Positions 39,113 through 47,965 of a stretch of 64,000 bases of DNA are shown one piece after another. Each line of letters begins with the position of its first letter. The stretch's first letter is position 1. This DNA comes from a virus (Duplodnaviria; Caudoviricetes): positions 18,750 to 82,749 of the IMG/VR virus record IMGVR_UViG_3300021255_002777, one strand, 5' to 3'. Both the position numbers and the translations under genes were made by a program. Under the pieces are notes generated by a model. The model was not told where the DNA came from and made no database searches. It saw only the letters and a program-made list of their open reading frames with translations.

Positions 39113-39559
39113 TCACAAAAATGTCGCTATAAACACTGCAATAATTATACCAAGTTCGCCATTCCATTGAAGCCTGTCTATACCACCTGATGCTGTCAGG
39201 ATAAGCGGGATAAACAGCAACATTGGAGATATTATGGCAAGCCATACAATAGAACCAGCACATGCAATGAACGCACCTGAGTAATGGTAACGTGCATCAT
39301 CACCAGATGCGATTGAAGCACCGCCAGTCAGCAGCAGCCCTGCTCCAATAAAGAACACAAGCCACTGCCATGACTCTGGGGTGATTGTAAACATTTTGGG
39401 TAACACAAGGAAGGTGACTGTCCATATCATGAGCATAAACAACCAACGATTCCAATCAAGCCCAAGCCTAGATAGACTGTTCCTTGTCCCGTAAAACAGT
39501 GTTCCATAACTGATGTATAGGACAAATACAACTATCGCTGTATAGACTAATGTGTTCAT
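39113..39559 (-). CDS. Multi-pass membrane protein
   Basis: 148 aa with 4-5 hydrophobic stretches. Confidence 0.7.
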   Translation of the reverse strand: MNTLVYTAIVVFVLYISYGTLFYGTRNSLSRLGLDWNRWLFMLMIWTVTFLVLPKMFTITPESWQWLVFFIGAGLLLTGGASIASGDDARYHYSGAFIACAGSIVWLAIISPMLLFIPLILTASGGIDRLQWNGELGIIIAVFIATFL

Positions 39560-40107
39560 CAGAAACTCAGTTTTTCAGGATAGCCTTCAGTATAATCATA
39601 GTCACGCACCTTCTTAATAGAAGTGAGTTTGGATACGGCAAGTTTGTGCCTTTCTGTAGTGTTTAACGCTTCTGCCGCATATACTTCCAAAGCGGACAGC
39701 ATCTGAAGCCACGTTGTGCAAGGGAATGTGTATTCAACACCATTGAAGATTTTGGTGCATTCCTCCGCTCCTGTGGCAACATAAGCTTCAACGCTGGTCT
39801 TAACCTGCTGCCTTACCTCATGACTGAGCCACATGGATGTACCATTGATGGTGAATTGTTCAACAGCGTCAGAAGAATCATAGTTCTCGATCTGCTGAAT
39901 CTTTTCCTCTTTAGCGGCCCTGAGTTTCTCTGCTGCCGTAGGCTCTGGAGGTGTCCATTCAAGCCAGCCGGCGTCAATCATATCCTGATCAGTCGGATTG
40001 TAAATTGACATCTTGTATTTTACACCGTCAATCTCTTTTTCGGTATACAACACATTGCCTGTAAACAGGACTTCTTTCTCATCAATTATCTTGTAATACT
40101 GTTTCAT
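39559..40107 (-). CDS. DUF4376-like tail-fibre-associated/assembly protein (copy 2)
   Basis: Same MKQYYKII..EV.FTGNVL start and WLQML.ALEVYAAEALN core as 22973-23536. Confidence 0.7.
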   Translation of the reverse strand: MKQYYKIIDEKEVLFTGNVLYTEKEIDGVKYKMSIYNPTDQDMIDAGWLEWTPPEPTAAEKLRAAKEEKIQQIENYDSSDAVEQFTINGTSMWLSHEVRQQVKTSVEAYVATGAEECTKIFNGVEYTFPCTTWLQMLSALEVYAAEALNTTERHKLAVSKLTSIKKVRDYDYTEGYPEKLSF

Positions 40108-40119
40108 ATGTCATTTTAT

Positions 40120-40458
40120 TTATATTACTGTCCCATTATAGAATGCATATACAGTAATGTATACAACACCAGTCACATTCGGTATATTGATAACCCGTGT
40201 TGAATCCAAATCACTGCCACTGACATACGGTGACCCCAAAACTGTCGGTCCCATCTGCAGTGTGATGTCTAACGTGTTATATTTTGTGGGTCTGCTTACA
40301 GTAAGGTATAACGAACTACTGCCATCTGTTGGCATATAGATGATATCATCTCCTGGAACATTACCATTGCTGTCTGTTATGGATGCGCCGTTGTTGATTA
40401 TAATTACAGAACGGTCATCCTCATGGTAGCCCAACACTCTTCGTCTTAAGTCATTCAT
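40120..40458 (-). CDS. Small Ig-like fibre-tip subunit with L-RRR N-terminus
   Basis: MNDLRRRVL resembles MSELTRRRIL of the LRR protein; beta-rich, ending INIPNVTGVVYITV. Confidence 0.5.
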   Translation of the reverse strand: MNDLRRRVLGYHEDDRSVIIINNGASITDSNGNVPGDDIIYMPTDGSSSLYLTVSRPTKYNTLDITLQMGPTVLGSPYVSGSDLDSTRVINIPNVTGVVYITVYAFYNGTVI

Positions 40459-40463
40459 TGTGG

Positions 40464-41639
40464 TTAGCGTTCATCTTGTTCTGTACCTGTAACAGTCACA
40501 TCAACGTATGACAACACACTGTCAAAAATATGGTATTCGTAAGTGTGTCCTGCTAAAAGAGGCGGATTGGAATCTGCCAAGTTGCAGCCCGTTGCCCACG
40601 AGAGCAATCCAATTTGGAATGGCAATCTTAGTACCAAGAATCTTCCGCACACATCAATCAGATTACCTCCAGGAATGACATCAATAAGCGTGGTATCAAG
40701 ATTGATGCCACCATCGTCCTCCCTCCTAACATAATCTATATATTCGTTAACCTGAAGAACGGTTCTTGGGTTGCCATCTTCAATGCATAAAGTGTTGATG
40801 GACAGTGTCCGCTCAACATTAACAATCACAGGGATGTAGGTTGAAACAATGCTATGTTTAAATCTTAACCATAATCCGTATCTTGGAAAATAATAAATGA
40901 CATCTGGTTCGATATCTCTACGTTTGAGGGATATTGTGCCAGTATTCCCATCGATGGTAATGTCGTAAATAAAGCCGAAGAACTCATTTGGTAAATTAGT
41001 ACGCTTACAGTCAAAACAACTGAATGTCAATGTATTGCCATCAATATCATTACTATCAATATTAAATAGTCCATACTGAGCCAAAACATGATCATTGATC
41101 ACTTCCGTGAATTCATCTGCTGTAAAAGTAAGATTGTCTTTGAAAAAAACACCATTTGCTATAGACTCCTTGTATTCAGGAGTTTCAACGATATTGTATT
41201 TAGTATTTCCAAGAAAAAACGGAGCACCGTATTTACCCATGTTCTCAACAGGATAGCCAGTTGAACCACCTCCACCAGCATTCGTGTCTTTTGCAATACC
41301 ATCTGAAATCTGCAAAGAGAATCCATTGCTGAGACTCGGCTGTGACCCTCCAGCCCAACTGACATCAGGCGGCAGTACAATGGTATTACTGTTCATCACA
41401 CCAGCATCAGCTTCAAGGTAATAGAAACCTTTGCGGTTATGAAGTGTGGGATATAATTCAATCTCTATATCAATGGTTTGCGGATTATGAAGTCTGTACC
41501 AGATGCCTGGCTTAAGTACAAGTTTATTATACTCAGTCCCATACAAATCTTCAATAGGGATTCCGTGTGCTAGTGTTTCCCGCATGGTTTGGTACGACTT
41601 ACCAAGACCTTGGTCTGTTACTATGCTATGTTTTGACAT
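40464..41639 (-). CDS. Fibre/receptor-binding-associated protein
   Basis: C-terminus PPLLAGHTYEYHI...YVDVT parallels PPILANHTYEFNI...LIDVT of the 1030 aa fibre. Confidence 0.5.
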   Translation of the reverse strand: MSKHSIVTDQGLGKSYQTMRETLAHGIPIEDLYGTEYNKLVLKPGIWYRLHNPQTIDIEIELYPTLHNRKGFYYLEADAGVMNSNTIVLPPDVSWAGGSQPSLSNGFSLQISDGIAKDTNAGGGGSTGYPVENMGKYGAPFFLGNTKYNIVETPEYKESIANGVFFKDNLTFTADEFTEVINDHVLAQYGLFNIDSNDIDGNTLTFSCFDCKRTNLPNEFFGFIYDITIDGNTGTISLKRRDIEPDVIYYFPRYGLWLRFKHSIVSTYIPVIVNVERTLSINTLCIEDGNPRTVLQVNEYIDYVRREDDGGINLDTTLIDVIPGGNLIDVCGRFLVLRLPFQIGLLSWATGCNLADSNPPLLAGHTYEYHIFDSVLSYVDVTVTGTEQDER

Positions 41640-41651
41640 ATGTTCTAAATA

Positions 41652-42362
41652 TTAAGCGTCTATAATGTAATAAGTGGCAATCCAATTTAAGATGTGGATC
41701 TGAATACGTTTCCCACCAAGAGTGCTCCAAGTTGGCTCACCTTGCGGCCATACTACGGAGTCCGCTGATACTCGGTTAGTAAATGCTACTGCAGGTTCCA
41801 CATTACTTGGAAAGATAAACTCAAGCCAGTATTCATTGATTTTATGAGAGAACCCACGAAGGGTAACTGTGATTGACGGATAGTTCTCAAATATACAATA
41901 CTGGCCAGACCATGCTAGACCAGAAGGATTGGAATAGCCAGAATCGTAAGTCTCTAGGTGACCCGAATAAAACCGATATTTGCTTGTCAATATGGAACCA
42001 CCACCATAAGGCCCATCTGCTCTTGTTACGACGTCTTCCGGGGAAGTAGGGAACGCATATGAGATAGGCAGACTCTGTTTATCAAATGCACGCAGTTCAA
42101 CCATACCGACGGAATACGCTTCTGGATTTTCACTAAAGGAAATTATGTTACCCTGTTGTGGAAACACAAGATTTACGCTGCCTTTGCCCTCTGGTCCAAC
42201 AAATGAAAGAGCATCAAACCTTTCATCATAGGACATTGTTACTTTGTCACTAACCTTCAATGAACTAACCTCAGCAGCACTACCCTTGCTGATCTTAGTA
42301 TTGATACGATTTAATAAATCGTTATAGATTTTCTTAAGTTGGTCTAACGTTATCAGCTTCAT
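41652..42362 (-). CDS. Fibre-associated protein
   Basis: LITLDQLKKIY N-terminus is similar to LITLGGLQTFY of the upstream gene; C-terminal W.LEF...VVWPQGEP..IHILN domain. Confidence 0.45.
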   Translation of the reverse strand: MKLITLDQLKKIYNDLLNRINTKISKGSAAEVSSLKVSDKVTMSYDERFDALSFVGPEGKGSVNLVFPQQGNIISFSENPEAYSVGMVELRAFDKQSLPISYAFPTSPEDVVTRADGPYGGGSILTSKYRFYSGHLETYDSGYSNPSGLAWSGQYCIFENYPSITVTLRGFSHKINEYWLEFIFPSNVEPAVAFTNRVSADSVVWPQGEPTWSTLGGKRIQIHILNWIATYYIIDA

Positions 42363-42363
42363 A

Positions 42364-43131
42364 TTACTGTGTGATTATGCCACTGATGTCAGTGTCGGTT
42401 GCTATGTCATAAGTAGTATCAGTATCAGGAAGGACAGTTGTGGTTGTCTCTTTGCTGATTTCATTTAACAAACCCGTGTTCATGTCACGGTAATAGAATC
42501 GATCTGTTCCGATACAATAGTACAGAGTGAACGGCATTACCGCGCCAATGAACTCAGTCTCCGAAACAATAGCCATATTTGTTCCAGGGGCGATAGATGT
42601 GTCTGTCACAAGATACAGACCAGTAGATGCGCCGAAGGGGGCTGTTGAAATATTGCTGGATGTCGGAGCAATATAATAAATAAGTTCACCGACAGCAGCC
42701 GTAAACCTAAGGCTAAGACCAACTGTGTTACCGTTTGCATATTGGTTAAACACGCAAGGCATCGGATTTACAGTAAAGTTGTAGTTTGTGCCATTAGTGT
42801 CAACAAGCACTTTCCTATCAGCCTTCCCGTCAAGCTGTACCGAATCCACAAGGTCTCCTCCAGTCAACGGAATACGGGTAATGTTACCATCACACGTAAT
42901 CATAATGTAAGTCGGGTTGTTTGGAATCGTAGTCTTCATGATACTGAAGATGGCTTGTGTATCCGACTCATTTAACGTCATAACCTTTGTGTTGAAAGGT
43001 TGAGTAACATCGCCATTTAATTTGGCATACTTACTATCGGCAGTAGCAGTATTCATGAACTTAGTGCGCAGAGCATTGTAAAACGTCTGCAATCCGCCAA
43101 GAGTAATAAGAGCATTTGTATTTTCTGCCAT
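42364..43131 (-). CDS. Fibre-associated protein
   Basis: LITLGGLQTFY..L N-terminus; LNGDVTQPF motif; ends IATDTDISGII (compare ATNEQILNILN of the upstream gene). Confidence 0.45.
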   Translation of the reverse strand: MAENTNALITLGGLQTFYNALRTKFMNTATADSKYAKLNGDVTQPFNTKVMTLNESDTQAIFSIMKTTIPNNPTYIMITCDGNITRIPLTGGDLVDSVQLDGKADRKVLVDTNGTNYNFTVNPMPCVFNQYANGNTVGLSLRFTAAVGELIYYIAPTSSNISTAPFGASTGLYLVTDTSIAPGTNMAIVSETEFIGAVMPFTLYYCIGTDRFYYRDMNTGLLNEISKETTTTVLPDTDTTYDIATDTDISGIITQ

Positions 43132-43138
43132 AATATAA

Positions 43139-43585
43139 TTAGTTTAAAATGTTCAGTATTTGTTCATTAGTAGCTGCAGTCGGGAAAGGATACTTACCGT
43201 AGATAATGTCAATCAACCCGCCTAAAGCACCGGCTACAGTTGTTGATGATATAGCGCTGTTACTGAAGGTAATGGCACTTGCCGTTAATGGAGCTCCTTC
43301 ATAAGTAGTCTTAGTCGAAGCTAACGAGTACAATTCGTTAAGCGCACTGATTAGATCAGTTGCCTCCAACCCTTCAACGTCAACATCAGTAGACAACACA
43401 TCAACAGAGTTAGCAACGTATGCTGCCAACATAGGTAAATCAACTCTTACATTCTTGCCGTCAGACACGACAACAACTGTAGAGTCGTCGTCAATATATT
43501 CCGCCTTCGGGAACTCACTGTCACGAACAGAAATCCGCGACAGGTACCTGGCTATATCCTGATAATTTTGCTTTGTTAGAACCAT
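43139..43585 (-). CDS. Head/tail fibre anchor-like protein
   Basis: LTKQNYQDIARYL...VRDSEF..VVVVSDGKNVRV resembles a recalled Crassvirales fibre N-terminal module. Confidence 0.4.
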   Translation of the reverse strand: MVLTKQNYQDIARYLSRISVRDSEFPKAEYIDDDSTVVVVSDGKNVRVDLPMLAAYVANSVDVLSTDVDVEGLEATDLISALNELYSLASTKTTYEGAPLTASAITFSNSAISSTTVAGALGGLIDIIYGKYPFPTAATNEQILNILN

Positions 43586-43596
43586 ATTATCTTATA

Positions 43597-46500
43597 TTAA
43601 TTTGTAACAGTATTACCAGTGGCATCAACAAACTCAAGACCTGCATCAGTGAACTCGCGCAATGCCATATTCGGTGTCTTGCGATAGATTGCTTTGCCAA
43701 GCGTGGTATCAAAGTACGCAGCACCTTGACGTGTAAACCAGGGCCTTTCCGCACTTGAACCGGATTTGGCATCTGGAATGTGGGGCGCGGCACTGCCTGC
43801 TGAGCCCTTGGCAAGTTTTGCAGATACTCTGTTGTCGGAAAAGACGAAGTACATCTTGTTGCTTGGCATCGTGAAGTTGAAGATATAGTTTCCGTCGATT
43901 TCAAAGTCACACCGATTAAACTCCAGATGGGCCGTTGCCGGATTGGTAGCATTCAACACACCAGTAGCAACCATATGGGTCTCTGTCGATGACCCGACTT
44001 TTACTGTGGTTGACTCTGCGTTGCCTTCATTGTAGGTGTAATCAATACCAGCCTTGGCGAGGTTGGTGAAGTCGATGGCATCGCCAGCAGCAAACGTGGT
44101 CACTCCGTCAGCAACGCTTTTGCGGATATAATATTTGCCTGCGGTGGTGTCATGATATACTTCCGCATCAGTGATGTCGTTAATTGCGCTAAACGTGCCG
44201 GACTGCTTCGACGATTTGCCATGCAGCGTGCAACACTCAAAGCGGTAGGTGATGTCCTTGTACCACTTTGCACTATCATACCAAGCAAATTTTTTAGGAG
44301 CAGCCATGTAGTTTTGGTAACAGAACGATGACGATATGTTCTCCAACGAGATATCACAGCCCACAAAATGAACGACAAACTTATATCGCGGGTCGGTTAT
44401 ATTGCCGTTGCTATCCTTGTTGCGGTATTTTGCGTATGGCGCAGCAACTTGTGACAGCAGATTCATTCCGCGCACATTAATCGCATACAGATGAATCGTA
44501 TCCGTCCCATTGCCATCTGATCCGCACAACTTGAAAGCACTGTTATTGAGCCTGCAATTCTCAATGCGGTTGACATACCAGTTGGTGCCTCCTTCGATGT
44601 AACTGTTGGTCAGCGTTTCAAAGTAGGCGGTACTGTTACTCAAGAACTTGATATGACAGTTATCGTAGTGCCTGTGCAACCTGAAGCCAGACATGATAGC
44701 CTTGCTATGAGCAGGCTCCACATTGCTATTGTCACGAATCTCGATATAGCAGTTTTTGATGTTATAGTAGGTATTGTATCTTACCGAATACTTTGGAGCG
44801 GAACACGAGATATAAGTGTTGTTGGTGTAATTCAACACTCGGCGCATCAGACTCTTGGGAACACTCGACACATTATGACCCCAGTTGCTGTATGAACTCG
44901 ATACTGATGTATCATAGAACTTGTTGCCGTCTATGTTGGCGACGAAGCAGTTGCCGATAGCGGGATTACAGCCATAGCAGATGTTGTTGCGGAAATCCAG
45001 ACGCATGATGGTCGGGAACAACAGTTTGCCTGTGCTCTGACCAGAGAAGAAGATACAGCCCTCTATGGTGCAGTGGTTGCTGGCCGCATCCTCAAAGTCG
45101 ATGTGATAATTGGTATTATCCGCCGTGAACACGGGTAATGCACCCTGGTCAGCTGAGGTTGTGTTGTACTGCTGCTTGCCGAAAATGCAGTTACGCATCA
45201 CCACATTGCAGGCACCGCCACTGATTCCTCCGCGGGCATTGTCATGGATATAGCATTTCTCAATGAATACATTCTCGTTCAACTTCACGACAACATGCAT
45301 CTTCGGTCCTGGGTTGCCAACATCGCTGACAAGGGTGTCTTCCGAAAATTCGGGGTCTTCAATGTCGTCATCAGGCAACACTTCGGCTGGATCGGTGCCA
45401 CCAGGGGCATCGGTGTCGCCAGTCTCGTCTTCCGACAAGCCGCCAAAGTAAGCGTCTACCTTGTCGTCATCTGTGTCAGAAATACGGTACTCGTTTTTCA
45501 GCAGGCCGTTCTCGTTGAGGAACTGGAACCTGACGTAGGTCTCGTTGTCATACAGATGGAAGTTCTCACAATAGCCGGTGTCGATGATTCGCAGGGGCTT
45601 CGTGTCTGCCGTAGCGTTGCCGCTTGCATAAGTCAGAACTTGGACATGAGGAGCATAGGCATTAATAACACGTGTAAAGCCCAAGTTGCCGTGGAGACTG
45701 AAGTTCCTCTTGGCTGCCTCTTTGCGGACATACTCAGGATACTTGCTGTCCATGCACCAATTGCCTATTTTATGCAAACCGCTCAAGCCAAGCCTGTTAT
45801 TGGATTTATTACCACCACTGTCGGTCATATTTGATTGCTTTACAATGTCACTATTGTCCGGCCTCCATCCAAAACCGAAGTTCTTCACACCTTTCACATA
45901 CTGATAAGAGGTACCAAGCACCCTCGGGTTTGAGTTGCTATTATAGCGGCCATCCCAGAAGGGCTCGGTATACACACGCATCGACCTTGGGTTGCTGGTA
46001 ATGAAGTCGCCGCTGAAACCGCTGCCTTCAAGACCCTCTAACTTCACATTGAAGGTGAACGGGGCAATGCCCACGCTGATACCATAACAACTCTCTTGTT
46101 TCTTTTCGTTGAGGTCTGTGAAACTGCGAGTGTACCAGTCACCGCGGAACACACCGTTCTTAATGGTGATGTTCTTGCTCTGGCCAACACCGATCATGGT
46201 GGTTTTATACCACACCGTCGAACTGCTGCTGATGTTATAATACCTCGACTTTTGAGTACTGTCAACCATAAGGTGGAAGGTGCTGCCACCCAGGTCAAAC
46301 TCAAGGCCGACGGTGTTCAGAATCCAAATCAGCGACGGGTTCAGGTCGATGGATGCAGGGTCATTGCCGACGTTATACACAGGAGTGAAACAATAGTCGC
46401 CTTTCGGAACAAGAACCTTAGTGTAACCGTTATCGCGAGCATATTCCAATGCCCTGGTAAAGCCAACGGCATTGTTGTACATCGCGGTGTATTGCTCAGC

Positions 46501-47238
46501 TGTGTAATGCCTATCACCGCCCTTTGTAATCTTACCTTCCGTGATACCAAATCGGCTAAGCTCCACAATATACGTAGAACCTTGCTCTCCTTCCACAACA
46601 GTCGGAATCTGACTTCCTCCCTGCTCAGGAATTGTTACAGATATCACACCGTTGTTGATTGATACGTTTTCACCAGGAGTGAGCATATCCTGTTTGCCGT
46701 TGAGAGCATTCTGCATCTGTTGGAACCTTGCTGTGATGGCGCGGTTTGTGACGGCATTATCACTGTTTAGATTGAGTGCCGAATCAATAGACAGATTATA
46801 TGACGCACTTATAATACCGTTGTCAATGGTAATTCCAGTACCAGGAGTCAGTTTTTGCTGATATCCAGCAAGAGCAGTATCAAGTGCTTTTGTAAGATCC
46901 GACTCGGTAAAGCACTGGTTCACTCTACGCTTAACTTCATCAATGCTCTGAAGCAACCCTGTCACATCAGGGATATCGGCCTTAGTGACATACGAAGCAA
47001 GTTGAGCCTTAACGAAGGCACGCATGTTAACCTGAGCCTTGCTAAAAGCATCTAAAGTGACGTACTCACTCTTCTTTTGTGCTACATTCAGTCCTCCGAC
47101 TGGAGACCACTTGCCGTTAACAAAATCATACAACGTGCTGACTCCGTTCTTTGTCTGGAGCCACAGATGCGCAGTTGTCTGCGGTTCTGTAGGAGACTGC
47201 AATATCCTACGCTCATTTACTTTTCTGAAAAGACTCAT
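43597..47238 (-). CDS. Tailspike / polysaccharide depolymerase with right-handed beta-helix
   Basis: ATG 47238 overlaps the spanin stop (ATGA); fibre shaft, then ITIKNGVF, FIEKCYIHDNARGGISG, CTIEGCIF beta-helix repeats; C-terminal RP...YFDTTLGK.I...VDATG motif. Confidence 0.75.
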   Translation of the reverse strand: MSLFRKVNERRILQSPTEPQTTAHLWLQTKNGVSTLYDFVNGKWSPVGGLNVAQKKSEYVTLDAFSKAQVNMRAFVKAQLASYVTKADIPDVTGLLQSIDEVKRRVNQCFTESDLTKALDTALAGYQQKLTPGTGITIDNGIISASYNLSIDSALNLNSDNAVTNRAITARFQQMQNALNGKQDMLTPGENVSINNGVISVTIPEQGGSQIPTVVEGEQGSTYIVELSRFGITEGKITKGGDRHYTAEQYTAMYNNAVGFTRALEYARDNGYTKVLVPKGDYCFTPVYNVGNDPASIDLNPSLIWILNTVGLEFDLGGSTFHLMVDSTQKSRYYNISSSSTVWYKTTMIGVGQSKNITIKNGVFRGDWYTRSFTDLNEKKQESCYGISVGIAPFTFNVKLEGLEGSGFSGDFITSNPRSMRVYTEPFWDGRYNSNSNPRVLGTSYQYVKGVKNFGFGWRPDNSDIVKQSNMTDSGGNKSNNRLGLSGLHKIGNWCMDSKYPEYVRKEAAKRNFSLHGNLGFTRVINAYAPHVQVLTYASGNATADTKPLRIIDTGYCENFHLYDNETYVRFQFLNENGLLKNEYRISDTDDDKVDAYFGGLSEDETGDTDAPGGTDPAEVLPDDDIEDPEFSEDTLVSDVGNPGPKMHVVVKLNENVFIEKCYIHDNARGGISGGACNVVMRNCIFGKQQYNTTSADQGALPVFTADNTNYHIDFEDAASNHCTIEGCIFFSGQSTGKLLFPTIMRLDFRNNICYGCNPAIGNCFVANIDGNKFYDTSVSSSYSNWGHNVSSVPKSLMRRVLNYTNNTYISCSAPKYSVRYNTYYNIKNCYIEIRDNSNVEPAHSKAIMSGFRLHRHYDNCHIKFLSNSTAYFETLTNSYIEGGTNWYVNRIENCRLNNSAFKLCGSDGNGTDTIHLYAINVRGMNLLSQVAAPYAKYRNKDSNGNITDPRYKFVVHFVGCDISLENISSSFCYQNYMAAPKKFAWYDSAKWYKDITYRFECCTLHGKSSKQSGTFSAINDITDAEVYHDTTAGKYYIRKSVADGVTTFAAGDAIDFTNLAKAGIDYTYNEGNAESTTVKVGSSTETHMVATGVLNATNPATAHLEFNRCDFEIDGNYIFNFTMPSNKMYFVFSDNRVSAKLAKGSAGSAAPHIPDAKSGSSAERPWFTRQGAAYFDTTLGKAIYRKTPNMALREFTDAGLEFVDATGNTVTN

Positions 47239-47648
47239 CTTCGTCCGTATATTAAAAATGAAATAATTAATCCTATCGAGAATATTCCTCCGACCCAACA
47301 TAATGCTTCTTGCCACCAATGTTGCTTATACACTACTTTATCCACTGGAACTTCCTTTATAGTCGTCACTGTATCTGTCATAACACATGGGACTTCGCGG
47401 CTACGGTAGACGGTATCGAATCTTGTTTTCCAGCGATACTCTGTACGCCACTTTTCACTGAACACGGTGTCCCCTTTCATGTGGATAAATACGCTATCGT
47501 GCAAAGTGATACTGTCGCGAATGTGCTGAACAGTATTGACTGTATCATGTACTTCGACTGGCTGATAATGCACAGTTTCGATATACTTTGTCTTACATGA
47601 GCATACCGTAAGCAAAAACAGCACTATGACAGCAACAAGCTTTCTCAC
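47235..47648 (-). CDS. Unimolecular spanin (u-spanin)
   Basis: Lipoprotein signal (LLTVCSC), beta-rich DT/DS-V repeats, C-terminal TM helix followed by RR; adjacent to the holin. Confidence 0.75.
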   Translation of the reverse strand: MRKLVAVIVLFLLTVCSCKTKYIETVHYQPVEVHDTVNTVQHIRDSITLHDSVFIHMKGDTVFSEKWRTEYRWKTRFDTVYRSREVPCVMTDTVTTIKEVPVDKVVYKQHWWQEALCWVGGIFSIGLIISFLIYGRR

Positions 47649-47914
47649 TCTTCTTCAATGTGTTTATGATTGCCATTGATGTACTCATCCATCCTGGTTT
47701 CCATCTCAGAGAACCTGCGTTTGGTATATAAGGTTATGCCGAAAATACCACCTGAATACAACAGACTCTGACCGAGAACCCAAAGTACGCTGTCATCAAT
47801 TTGACCAAGCGGATCAACAATAAAACCAGCACAAGTAAGAACAACACCAAATACCAGCATAAAAACAGCTGATAACGTAGCAAGTGTGTCTTTATCTTCC
47901 TTTGAAATCTTCAT
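47645..47914 (-). CDS. Holin (two TM helices)
   Basis: 89 aa; TM1, IVDPLGQIDDSVLW loop, TM2, charged C-terminus; ATGA overlap with the spanin. Confidence 0.7.
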   Translation of the reverse strand: MKISKEDKDTLATLSAVFMLVFGVVLTCAGFIVDPLGQIDDSVLWVLGQSLLYSGGIFGITLYTKRRFSEMETRMDEYINGNHKHIEEE

Positions 47915-47965
47915 AATAGTATCGTGTTAATATGTTTGACTTGTCATCTCCTACGCCTTAGTGGT

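Noticed and set aside
22973-41639. Shufflon or invertible fibre locus driven by the recombinase
   Set aside because: The cassettes are in direct orientation, diverged at DNA level and separated by capsid genes; no flanking inverted repeats were seen.
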